Part shown: positions 9,565 to 19,517 of the stretch, piece by piece
Layout of the letters: every line of letters begins with the position of its first letter
Position numbering within the stretch: position 1 is the first letter of the stretch
Assembly: GCA_963752595.1 (NCBI GenBank)
Contig: CAVVYZ010000002.1
Span: forward strand, 256,001-320,000
Reading direction: 5' to 3'
DNA length: 64,000 nt
Source of the DNA: an uncultured delta proteobacterium
Lineage (GTDB): Bacteria; Desulfobacterota; Desulfomonilia; UBA1062
Translations under genes and position numbers: made by a program
The notes under the pieces: model-generated
What the model saw: the letters and a program-made list of their open reading frames with translations, nothing else
Told to the model about the DNA's origin: nothing
Database searches by the model: none

Positions 9565-10464
9565 GTGCACTACTCTAAGCCCCCCCTCACCTTCGAGGCC
9601 CAGGCCGAGCTGCTCCTTTCCCGGGGCCTTCAGGCGGATAAAGACGTCCTGATATCCCGCCTGCACAGCGTCAATTATTACCGGCTGAGCGCCTATCTGT
9701 ACCCGTTCAGACAGCCTTCGAATGATGCGTTCAGGGGAAACACGACCCTCGATCTTGTCTGGTGCCATTACACCTTCGACCGCCAGCTGCGGATTCTGGT
9801 CATGGATGCCGTTGAGCGGGTGGAGGTCGCAGTCAGGACCCAGCTTGTATATCATTTTGCACAGGCGCATGGCGCGTTCGGCTATCAGGACCAGAGCTTT
9901 TTCCCAAAGCTGGGCACTGACCGGTACAAGCGCTGGCTCGATGAAATGAAGGACGAGATAGATCGCAGCCGGGAAACGTTCATCAATCACTTCCAGACAA
10001 AATACGGCGACTGCCATGACATGCCTCCCCTCTGGATGCTCTGCGAGGTCATGAGCTTCGGCAGAATGCTGACACTTTTCAACGGCGTTGACGACAGCAT
10101 CCGCCGCCTGATTGCCCGCGAATACGGGACAGAAGACAGAATCCTTCAGTCCTGGCTAGGCGCGCTGAACGTGATCAGAAACATCTGCGCCCATCACGGC
10201 CGCCTCTGGAACCGGGAGCTGGGCTTCAAGCCGTTCATCCCGAAAAGACAGAAATACCCCCAGTGGCATGATCCTTTCGAAGTGCCCAACAACCGGATCT
10301 TTTGCATACTCACCATCCTCAGATATCTCCTTGCGAGAGTGGCCCCCACGAGCCAATGGGATTGCCGGTTTCGAGACCTGCTCGGCCGCTACCCGGAGAT
10401 ACCGCTCAGGGCAATGGGGTTCCCGAATAATTGGGAAACCCATGCGATCTGGAGGAGGGCATGA
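9565..10464 (+). CDS. Abi family protein (AbiF/AbiD, Abi_2), HEPN RNase-type
   Basis: KPPLTFEAQAELLLSRGL, VNYYRLSAY, YTFDRQLR, PPLWMLCEVMSFG and HEPN motif RNICAHHGRLWN; GTG start at 9565 (the computed upstream extension runs through the promoter and leader). Confidence 0.9.
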   Translation: MHYSKPPLTFEAQAELLLSRGLQADKDVLISRLHSVNYYRLSAYLYPFRQPSNDAFRGNTTLDLVWCHYTFDRQLRILVMDAVERVEVAVRTQLVYHFAQAHGAFGYQDQSFFPKLGTDRYKRWLDEMKDEIDRSRETFINHFQTKYGDCHDMPPLWMLCEVMSFGRMLTLFNGVDDSIRRLIAREYGTEDRILQSWLGALNVIRNICAHHGRLWNRELGFKPFIPKRQKYPQWHDPFEVPNNRIFCILTILRYLLARVAPTSQWDCRFRDLLGRYPEIPLRAMGFPNNWETHAIWRRA

Positions 10465-11779
10465 AAACGTATCGAGCGTATCCGAAATACAAATCTTCCG
10501 GGGTGGAATGGCTCGGCGAGGTGCCGGAGCATTGGGAGGTGAAGAGACATAGATTTGCTTTCACATTTGTTAGTGGAGGCATATCCCTCAACGGAAGAAT
10601 TAGATTATAGGGCGAGGTAACATTCCTTGGGTTTCATCGAAGGACATGAAGACGATTTTATCTTGAAGATACCGAAGATCATATTACCGAAGAAGCAATA
10701 AAGCAGAGTGCAACAGATCTCATTCCCAAGAATAATATATTGGTTGTAATGCGATCCGGAATTTTACGACATTCTATACCTGCTTGTGTAACTAGGCGGG
10801 ATATGACTATTAACCAGGATATCAAAGCTTTTATTCCGGTAGTTCCAATACTCCCATGCTTTCTATGCACGATTTATTGAAGGTAATCAAAGTCAGCTCT
10901 TAACGGAATGGCGAAAAGAAGGAGCAACTGTTGAAAGCCTTGATATGGAACTGATTAATAATTTTGATGTCATCCTCCCATCCTCTCCCGAACAGCAAGC
11001 CATAGCCGCATTCCTCGACTGCGAGACGGGGAGGATTGATGCGCTGGTGGAGAAGAAGGAACGCCTCATCGAACTATTGCGGGAAAAGCGCTCGGCCCTC
11101 ATCTCTCAAGCCGTCACCAAGGGGCTTGATCCATCGGTGAAACTAAAACCTTCCTGGGTGGAATGGCTCGGCGATGTGCCGGAACATTGGGAAGTGAAAA
11201 AAGGGAAATATATAGGTTCCTTACAGAAGCACCCCAAGTGTTACAGAGGAAGAGCAAAATGAAGATGAAGGAACTTTATTTTATATAAAAGTTGAAGACT
11301 TAAATACACTTGAGAACCATGTGTATTTTTCCAAGTCAGCAATTTATTGTATTAAAAATAAAACACCCTTTGTGAATAATGCGTTGATTTTTCCTAAAAG
11401 GGGTGCGGCAATATTTACAAATAAAGTCTCCATCTTAATGAATAGAGCTTTGCTTGACCCTAATATGATGGGCTGGCAAATAAAAAGCTCCCTCGAAATT
11501 AAGTTCTATTACTATGCACTGATTGCCCGCCGCTTAGATGATTTAGCTGATACATCAACAGTTCCTCAAATAAATAATAAACACATATATCCTGAAAATT
11601 TCCCTCTCCCCCCTCTCCCAGAGCAACAAGCCATCGCCGCTTTCCTCGACCGCGAAACAGCCAAGATCGACACCCTCATCGCCAAGGTGGAAACAGCCAT
11701 TGCAAAGTTGAAGGAGTACCGCATCGCCCTCATCAGCGCGGCGGTCACGGGTAAGATCGACATCCGGGAGGCCGCATGA
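10461..11779 (+). CDS. hsdS: Type I restriction-modification specificity subunit S (several apparent frameshifts)
   Basis: [21 protein letters not shown] and [14 protein letters not shown] repeats, [11 protein letters not shown] twice, C-terminal [18 protein letters not shown]; two AT-rich TRDs. Confidence 0.92.
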
Positions 11780-14700
11780 AGGCAACCACGGAAAAGGCTT
11801 TTGAAGCCTATATCGAGGAAACCCTGAACAGAAATGGTTGGGAGGAGTGCTCCAACCTGCTCTGGGACAAGAAGCGGGCGCTTTTCCCGGACGTGGTAGT
11901 CCGGTTTATCAAGGATACCCAGGTCGGCCTCTGGACGCAGATGGACAAGCTCCATGGGAGCGAGCTGGGGCAGAAGCTCATCGAGGCCCTGGTCAAGGAA
12001 CGCGCCGCCAAGGGGACCGTCCATATCCTCCGCCACGGCTTCAAGTTCTACGGCAAGACCTTCCGCATGGGGTTATTTCAAGCCTGCCCACGGTCTCAAT
12101 CAGGAAACGCTTGCGCTGTTCCGGAAAAACCTCCTGACCGTCACCCGCCAGGTCCCCTGCCATCCGGCGGACAGCAGCACCATGGACATCGTCCTTGCCA
12201 TGAACGGCCTGCCCGTCGCGACCATGGAGATCAAGAACCCTGTGACCGGGCAGAGCTGGCAGGACGCCGTCCGCCAGTATAAAATACGACCGTGATCCGC
12301 GGGCTCCCCTGTTTCAGTTCCGAACCGGGGCGATCGTCCATTTTGCCGTGGATCCCAACGAAGTGCACATGGCGACCCGCCTGAATGGGGAAAGGACCTT
12401 CTTCCTGCCCTTCAACCGCGGCAGCCATCCCGGCGAGATCCAGTGCGGCAAAGGCAACCCGCAGCACCCGTCCGGGCATCGCACCGGCTATTTCTGGGAA
12501 GAAGTCCTCGGCGAGGAAAGCTTCATCGACATCATCGGGCAGCTTTGTCTTCCTTGAAACCATCGAAGAGACCGTGGACGACGGCAGGGGCGGCCGGATG
12601 AAGGCTGTCAGGGAAACCATGATCTTCCCCCGCTACCACCAGCTCGATGCCGTCCGCAAGCTTGTCGGCACTGCCCGAGGGGAAGGGGGCGGGTATAATT
12701 ATCTCATCCAGCATTCCGCAGGGAGTGGGAAGACGAACAGCATCTCCTGGCTCTCGCACCGCCTTTCCAGCCTCCATACCGAGGCGGACGAGAAGGTGTT
12801 CGACTGCGTCATCGTCATCACGGACCGGCGCGTGCTGGACCGGCAGCTTCAGGACGCCATCTATCAGATCGAGCATGCCCAGGGCGTGGTGAAGGCAATC
12901 GACGAGGATTCCACCCAGCTTGCCGAGGCCCTGGTGGACGGGACCAAGATCGTGATCACCACCCTGCAGAAATTTCCCTTCATCCTCCGCGGCCTGCTCC
13001 GCATTGCCGGGGCCGAGGACCCGGACAATCCCGACGCCGCTTCCGTCGAACGAGGCCAAGGAGTGGGAAGAGAAGATCGCTTCGCGCAGGTATGCCGTGA
13101 TCGTCGACGAGGCCCATTCCAGCCAGACCGGGGAAACCGCGCGGGAGCTTAAGACGAATCCTGGGCGCAGGCACGGAAAACAACGGCGAGGAAGGGGAGT
13201 TCGACTGGGAAGACGGGCTGAACCAGCGTCATGGAATCACGCGGGCAGGCAGAAAAACCTGAGCTTCTTCGCCTTTACCGCGACACCCAAGGGAAAGACC
13301 ATGGAGCTGTTCGGCCGGGCCGGCGCCAGTCCGGCAAGCCGGAGGCCTTCCATACCTATTCCATGAGGCAGGCGATCCAGGAGGGGTTCATCCTCGATGT
13401 GCTGCAGCGCTACACCACCTACAAGACCTATTACAATCTCCTGAAGGAAACCGAGGAAGACCCGTCCATGCCCAAGAAGAAGGCGATCAAGAAGCTGACG
13501 AAGTTCCTGTATCTGCATCCCTACAGCATCGAACAGAAGACGGAGATCATCGTCGAGCATTTCCGGCAGCATGTGAGGAACAAGCTCCGGGGGCGGGCCA
13601 AGGCCATGGTCGTGACCGGCTCGCGCCTGCATGCCGTTCGCTACATGCTCGCCTTCCAGAAGTATATCGCCGAGCACGGGTATATCGGATATCCGGCCCC
13701 TCGTCGCCTTCAGCGGTACGGTGAAAGACCCTGAAACCGGGATCGAATACACCGAGCCGGGAATGAACATCGACGTGGTTACGGGAAAGAACATCTCGGA
13801 AGGCCGGCTTCCGGATAAATTCGACACCTCGGACTACCAGGTGCTGCTGGTGGCCAACAAATATCAGACCGGTTTCGATCAGCCCCTTTTGTGCGCCATG
13901 TACGTGGACAAGCGCCTGGACGGCGTCCAGGCAGTGCAGACCCTTTCGCGGCTGAACCGGACGTATGCGCGGGAAAGAACCTCCTTTCGTTCTGGACTTT
14001 GTCAACGATGCGGAGGGCATTTTCAAGGCATTCAAGCCGTACTATGACGCGACCACCCTGCAGGAGGCCTCCGACCCCAACCACCTGGAAGTCCTGAAAC
14101 ACGAACTGTCGGCCATGCAAGTGTATCATTGGTCGGAAGTGGAGGCCTTCGCCCGGATCTTCTATGTGCCCGAGTACATGCAGAACCCGTCGGATCATGC
14201 CAGGATGCACAAACATATCCAGCCTGCCATGGACCGGTACAAGGCCCTCGATGAGGAAAAAAAGGGCGTCTTCCATGATAAGCTGACGGCGTATGTCCGC
14301 TTCTACGCCTTTGTCAGCCAGATCATCCCGTATTCCGATGCAGAGCTGGAGATGCTGTACAGCTTCGGGCGCTTCCTGCTTCCCAATCTTGGAGACGACG
14401 ATACGGGGATTGCTTCGCATCCTGAAAGACAGGTCATGCTGGAATATTACCGGATCGAGCAGGTCATGTCCGGGGCCATTGTCATGGAAAAAGGCGCGCC
14501 CTACGGGGTAAAAAGCCCGACTGCGGTCGGCACCGGCAAGGCAAAGGATGAAGACAAACCGCTCTCCGAGATCATCAAGACACTGAATGACCGTTTCGGG
14601 ACCGACTTCACAGAGGAAGACCGCCTGTTCTTCGAACAGATCAAGGAAAAGGCCAGCAAAGACGAGCGGGTGATTCAAACCGCCAGAGCAAACACCCTCG

Positions 14701-14876
14701 ACAAATTCGAGCTCGGCATCCGAAAGATCATCGAGTCCCTGATGATGCAGAGAATGGCGGAAAACGACGAGATCGTCACCCGCTACATGGATGACGCGGA
14801 TTTCCAGAAAACCGTTTTCCCCTTGCTGGCGAAAGAAATATACCAGGGTGTGTTATCGGCAGCAGGTGACCTATGA
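11776..14876 (+). CDS. hsdR: Type I restriction endonuclease subunit R (several apparent frameshifts)
   Basis: DIVLAMNGLPVATMEIKN nuclease motif, FPRYHQLDAV, QHSAGSGKT, DEAHSSQ, FAFTATPK, VANKYQTGFDQP, AVQTLSRLNR. Confidence 0.93.
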
Positions 14877-15369
14877 CGCGACATCCTTTACCGGTATAGG
14901 CCATCCTTTTTTTGAGTTAATGAAAACCTAGCTGAGTTTTCGTCCTGTATAATTCCACTTTTTATTAAAACGTATGTGAGGGTTCTTCTCAAAGAAAGTG
15001 AACATCTCTCTTGCGGTCATCAAAGATCGCGCTGTTTTAAAGGTAGTAAACGGAGATCTTTACTCACTGATCAGAGAGACAGACCATAAATATCTATAAG
15101 ATCACCGTACTCCCGAAAGACTTCCTAAAGTTGAGCAATCTGCAAGATAGTATCGTAGCTATATAAACTGTACTGTTAGATCAGATCTCAACTTATTATA
15201 CACATTACGGCATGGAATGTTATTTCCGCATGGTTTATCCGGCCTCGTCCCGGCGCAGCTCCTGTAATTCTTTTTATCTTGAATAAAATCAGAAATGATC
15301 CGCTGCTGATCAATGACGGCGGGATAACGCTCCGGCCTTTCCCTTTGAAGGTCCGGGCCTCCCGCCGCT

Positions 15370-15918
15370 TCATCCGGTAAAGCGCTTACCCTGGGGGCTA
15401 CTGAATTCACAGCCGCAATAGCCCTGTCTGTAGAGGTTGTATGCCTTGCTGAGCTCGATACTGCGAGAGTAGCCGTTTTGCTTTTTGAAATCAAAAGGCT
15501 TGAAAGCCGGGAACGCCTTCCCCACCTCGAAGATCTGTTGGGAAGATTTATAGCGGCTCACGGTCAGAGTTGTGGCGAAAGCCGGGAATTCCAGAATATC
15601 TGCTGCCCGGGCAGTCCTTGCAAGGCTGAACTCGAAGCATTTCATGCATCTCTTGCCATGTTCGGGCTCATCTTCGAATCCACGGATGTGGCGGAGCCAT
15701 GCTTCGTGGTCGTATCCGTCCTCCTCGATTTCCAGATTCAGGATCCCTGCCAGCCTTACGGCATTTTCGAGCCGCTTCAGATACTCATCTTTGGGGTAGA
15801 TATTCGAATTGCTGAAAAACAAGACAGTCTCACAGCCTGAAGCGATCAACCGTTCCGTACACGTGGTTGCGCACGGGCCACAGCAGGTATGGAGCAAAAT
15901 CCTTTTTAAAGTGTTCAT
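15370..15918 (-). CDS. queH: Epoxyqueuosine reductase QueH
   Basis: ILLHTCCGPC, NIYP..EY.KR, EPEHGKRCMKCF, FATTLTVS, YRQGYCGCEFS. Confidence 0.9.
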   Translation of the reverse strand: MNTLKRILLHTCCGPCATTCTERLIASGCETVLFFSNSNIYPKDEYLKRLENAVRLAGILNLEIEEDGYDHEAWLRHIRGFEDEPEHGKRCMKCFEFSLARTARAADILEFPAFATTLTVSRYKSSQQIFEVGKAFPAFKPFDFKKQNGYSRSIELSKAYNLYRQGYCGCEFSSPQGKRFTG

Positions 15919-15978
15919 AGAATTTCTTTTGTAGCGTAAACATTGAGGCCTTACAAGCCCATGCCTTGACGATGATAT

Positions 15979-16008
15979 TTGAAAGTACTGCGTTGATACT
16001 GTTATAAT
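15979..16008 (+). promoter_or_regulatory. Putative sigma-70 promoter of the receiver-domain gene
   Basis: TTGAAA-N18-TATAAT with an extended -10 TG. Confidence 0.5.
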
Positions 16009-16042
16009 AAGTTATAAAGATGCTTTTCAAAAGGGACAGGCA

Positions 16043-16477
16043 ATGACGGTGAAAAGAAAAAAGATCATGCTTATCGTGGATGACAAGAGGGTGATCAGGT
16101 CATTCTTACGGGCAATCGTCGAGAGCAATTTCGATGAATATGATCTGGAAATACTCACCGCGCCGTCAAGCGATACGGCGCTGCAGATCATCGACAAGAA
16201 AAAAGGAAACATCGATCTCATCTCCACGAACATCCACCGGCCCGGTATGGACGGATATGTATTCGTGAATTTCGTCAAGTTCAAGTATCCCCAGATCAAG
16301 ATCCTTATCTGCTCCGGGAGCGCCAAAACAACGGACCTCAAGGAGATGTTCGACAGCAGGCTGGTTGACTCCTACATCAGAAAACCCATCAAAGAAAAGG
16401 ATTATTCGGAAAAGATCAGAAACTTATTCGAATCACAGAACCTCGTCCGGCTGAACTTCCCGGAACATACCCGCTGA
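16043..16477 (+). CDS. Single-domain response-regulator receiver protein, atypical (Asn at the phosphoacceptor position)
   Basis: MLIVDD, IDLISTNIHRPGMDG, ILICSGS, YIRKPI CheY-like pattern. Confidence 0.8.
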   Translation: MTVKRKKIMLIVDDKRVIRSFLRAIVESNFDEYDLEILTAPSSDTALQIIDKKKGNIDLISTNIHRPGMDGYVFVNFVKFKYPQIKILICSGSAKTTDLKEMFDSRLVDSYIRKPIKEKDYSEKIRNLFESQNLVRLNFPEHTR

Positions 16478-16538
16478 CCCGTTCTTCACCGCCGCATTCC
16501 TGCATGATGATCTTCGCGCAAAGCCGGGAACTGCAAAG

Positions 16539-19331
16539 TCAGGTCAGTGCTTCCGTAATGTGCTTGAGCGCTCCTGCAATATCTCTCCCGTCGACATGGA
16601 GACGGATAACCTTCCTGCCTTTTGCCTTCAATGCATTCCAATCGCCCAGGGCCTGGGCGTCTTTCAGGGTGCCGAAGGTAATCGAGGAGCCTCTGGATCC
16701 GGGCTTGTCCGGGATTGCGAGATCCTCAGGATTCGTGCAGGTGATCTGGATAAAGAGACCTTTTCCGGCATCTCCTTTGTGAAGCTGGCCGGTTGAGTGA
16801 AGATAGCGGGGCCCATAGCCGCACATCGTGGCGACCCGGTAGGAGTCCCTGATTTTCATGCGGATAGCGAAGAGGCCGTCAGTTATCCGGGACGAGGGCG
16901 GAAGGTAGGCCTGGATGGCCACGTAGGAGCCGGGCCCGATGAGACCGAGAAAACCCTTCAATGCCTCTTCCAAACTGCCCGCCTTGATATCTCCCAGGAC
17001 GCTGACGCCTTTTCCCTGCCATACAGGTGCGGTTTCCGGCAGTGTTCCGGTCTTCCTGAATGCATCGACCGCCTCACGGGCGCGCACTTTGGCAGCCTCA
17101 ACATCGGGCTGGTCGAAGGGATTGATCGCGAGGATCGTCCCGGCGACGGCCGTGGCCATTTCCCAGAGGAAAAACTGCCCGCCGAGATCATACACATCGT
17201 GAAGATTGATTCCTACCACCGGGTGTCCGGCCTTCTCGAGATCTTTTATGGCGTCGTCATATGTCTCGTCCTCATCCAGCCTCATGTGAACGAAGAGCCT
17301 GTCGTCTCCGTACTGGCCGGGAAAGCCCGGATGCTCGTGCACGATGGGGACGATGCCTTTGCCGGCTTTGCCCGTACTTTCTGCAATGAGCTGCTCAACC
17401 CAGTCGCCGAAGGCCCCAAGGCCCTGGGATATGATAAAGGTGGCCTTATCGCGGCCGGCGCAGGCGAGTTCTCCCAGGATGGCGCCGAGCTTACCGCCAT
17501 GGTTGTTTCCGTCGACCGGGCAGTTGCCGGCTGCGCAGTTCTCGGTCATGACGAGCGCCCTGTCCAGGAGTGTTTTTATATCGACTCCGATGAGCGCGGC
17601 AGGCACGAGACCGAAATGGGAAAGCGCGGAATACCTGCCTCCGATGTCGGGGTTGTTCAGGAACACCGTTCTGAACCGGCGGCTCTTTGCAAGGTCAACC
17701 AGGGATGAGCCGGGGTCGGTAATGGCAATGAAATGCTCCCCGGCCTTTTCTCTCCCCAGGGTTTGTTCGAGAACGGTATAGAAATACGTGAACGCAGAAA
17801 GCGTCTCAACGGTCGAACCCGATTTCGTGGATACGATGAAGAGGCTTTTCGCAGGGTCGAGCCCTTTGCACAGTTCTGCCAGGGCAGCAGGGTCGGTGGT
17901 GTCCACGATGGAAAGGGCGAGCCGGCCGGTGCTTATCCCGAAGATATCGCGCATCACCTCCGGGGCCAGGGAAGACCCGCCCATGCCCAGGAGGTAGGCA
18001 TGGGTATACCCCTCGGAACGTACCAGCCCGGCAAACTGTTCGATCTCGTCTGCATGATCGAGCATCATGCCCGCGATTTCCAGCCAGCCGAGCCTGTTCG
18101 TGATCTCTTTCGGACTGTCCGACCACACGGTGTGGTCATGATTCCAGATCCTCGGGATGATGCCGTCCGCTTTTATCCTTTCCAGGCGGGAGTCGACGGC
18201 CTGCCCGAATCTGCCCAGGCGGGGGTTCAACAGGTGCTTTCCCGCAATGAGCTCTCTCCGCTTTGCCCTGATGCTGTCCATCAGCGAATGGAAAGACCCG
18301 GCGAAGAGGTCCACCCCGTCTTTCTGGAGCTTTGCCGTGAGTGCATCAATGTCTATGCCCTCCCGGGAGAGCCTTTCTATCAGAGCCTTTGCTTCATCCA
18401 TGCCCTGTTCGATCTTGTCTTCCACCTGTCCGTGATCCAGGAATGCCTGCAGCGTCGCAGGGGGGACGGTGTTGACGGTATGAGGCCCGATGAGTTCATC
18501 GAGATAGAGCGTGTCGGGATACTTGGGGTTCTTCGTGCCGGTGCTGGCCCATAAAAGCCTCTGGGGCATTGCGCCCTTCTCTTTGAGGTGCTGCCAGGCT
18601 CGGGAGCCGGATATTTCCTTGAATATCCCGTAGGCCACCTTGGCATTGGCGATAGCTGTCCTGCCCGTGAGTTCTCCGAGACCGAGCCTTTCGAGCTCAG
18701 GATCAAGGGCGGTATCGACCCTGCTCACGAAGAACGATGCCACAGAAGCTGTCTTGCTGATATCTTTGCCGGAAGCAAGGAGCTTTTCCAGGCCGGCAAG
18801 ATATGCCAGGGCTGTTTCCCTATAGCGCTTGACGCAGAAGAGCAGGGTTACATTGACATTGATGCCTTCGCCGATGAGGACTTCGGTCGCGGTCACTCCC
18901 TCCGGCGTTGCCGGGACCTTGATCATGATGTTGGGGCGGTTGAGTGTTGAATAGAGCCTCCCGGCCTCATCGATGGTCTTACTCGCGTCATAGGCGAGCG
19001 ACGGGCTTACCTCGATGCTTACATATCCGTCCAGGCCGCCTGTTTTGTCGTACACGGGCCTGAAAAGGTCGGCGGTATGGGATATGTCCCACAGGGCAAG
19101 GTTTTCGTAGATCCCTTCGATGGAAGTGCCTTTCTTCACCAGGGCTTTGATGTCTTCGTCATAATCCGAGCTGCCTGCAATGGCCTTCTCGAAGATCGTA
19201 GGGTTGGAGGTTACGCCGAGCACTCCCTGATCGATGAGAGACTGCATCTCGCCCGACACGATGAGAGATCTCCGTATATAATCAAACCATATCGCCTGCC
19301 CGATCCCGGCCAATGTATGAAGCTTCGCCAT
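16539..19331 (-). CDS. Bifunctional transaldolase / phosphoglucose isomerase
   Basis: GVTSNPTIFEKA, NIMIKVPAT, LWASTGTKNP in the N-terminal half; LGMGGSSLAPEV, STKSGSTVET, IGGRYSALS, QLIAESTGK, INPFDQPDVE in the C-terminal half. Confidence 0.93.
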   Translation of the reverse strand: MAKLHTLAGIGQAIWFDYIRRSLIVSGEMQSLIDQGVLGVTSNPTIFEKAIAGSSDYDEDIKALVKKGTSIEGIYENLALWDISHTADLFRPVYDKTGGLDGYVSIEVSPSLAYDASKTIDEAGRLYSTLNRPNIMIKVPATPEGVTATEVLIGEGINVNVTLLFCVKRYRETALAYLAGLEKLLASGKDISKTASVASFFVSRVDTALDPELERLGLGELTGRTAIANAKVAYGIFKEISGSRAWQHLKEKGAMPQRLLWASTGTKNPKYPDTLYLDELIGPHTVNTVPPATLQAFLDHGQVEDKIEQGMDEAKALIERLSREGIDIDALTAKLQKDGVDLFAGSFHSLMDSIRAKRRELIAGKHLLNPRLGRFGQAVDSRLERIKADGIIPRIWNHDHTVWSDSPKEITNRLGWLEIAGMMLDHADEIEQFAGLVRSEGYTHAYLLGMGGSSLAPEVMRDIFGISTGRLALSIVDTTDPAALAELCKGLDPAKSLFIVSTKSGSTVETLSAFTYFYTVLEQTLGREKAGEHFIAITDPGSSLVDLAKSRRFRTVFLNNPDIGGRYSALSHFGLVPAALIGVDIKTLLDRALVMTENCAAGNCPVDGNNHGGKLGAILGELACAGRDKATFIISQGLGAFGDWVEQLIAESTGKAGKGIVPIVHEHPGFPGQYGDDRLFVHMRLDEDETYDDAIKDLEKAGHPVVGINLHDVYDLGGQFFLWEMATAVAGTILAINPFDQPDVEAAKVRAREAVDAFRKTGTLPETAPVWQGKGVSVLGDIKAGSLEEALKGFLGLIGPGSYVAIQAYLPPSSRITDGLFAIRMKIRDSYRVATMCGYGPRYLHSTGQLHKGDAGKGLFIQITCTNPEDLAIPDKPGSRGSSITFGTLKDAQALGDWNALKAKGRKVIRLHVDGRDIAGALKHITEALT

Positions 19332-19517
19332 GTGAACACCTCTTTGCATATTAATTTTCAATGGTTCCCTACCTTACAGGATTCTTCGGTGAATTCTCAA
19401 GTACCTTTCTGCATGAATTCTCGTGAAGGAACCATTCTCTTCAAGAGCCTCAGTACAAACGCATCAATAGCCTTTCTTCTTCACCCGGCTAGGGTATGAG
19501 GAGAAATGTACTATGGC

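Noticed and set aside
14925-15160. Short minus-strand frame ending ...EMFTFFEKNPHIRFNKKWNYTGRKLS at the right edge of the RM locus
   Set aside because: Interrupted by stops, no RBS, no recognisable family; may be a remnant but cannot be supported
6806-15369. Mobile element or prophage carrying the RM locus
   Set aside because: No integrase, transposase, tRNA target or flanking direct repeats were found by eye
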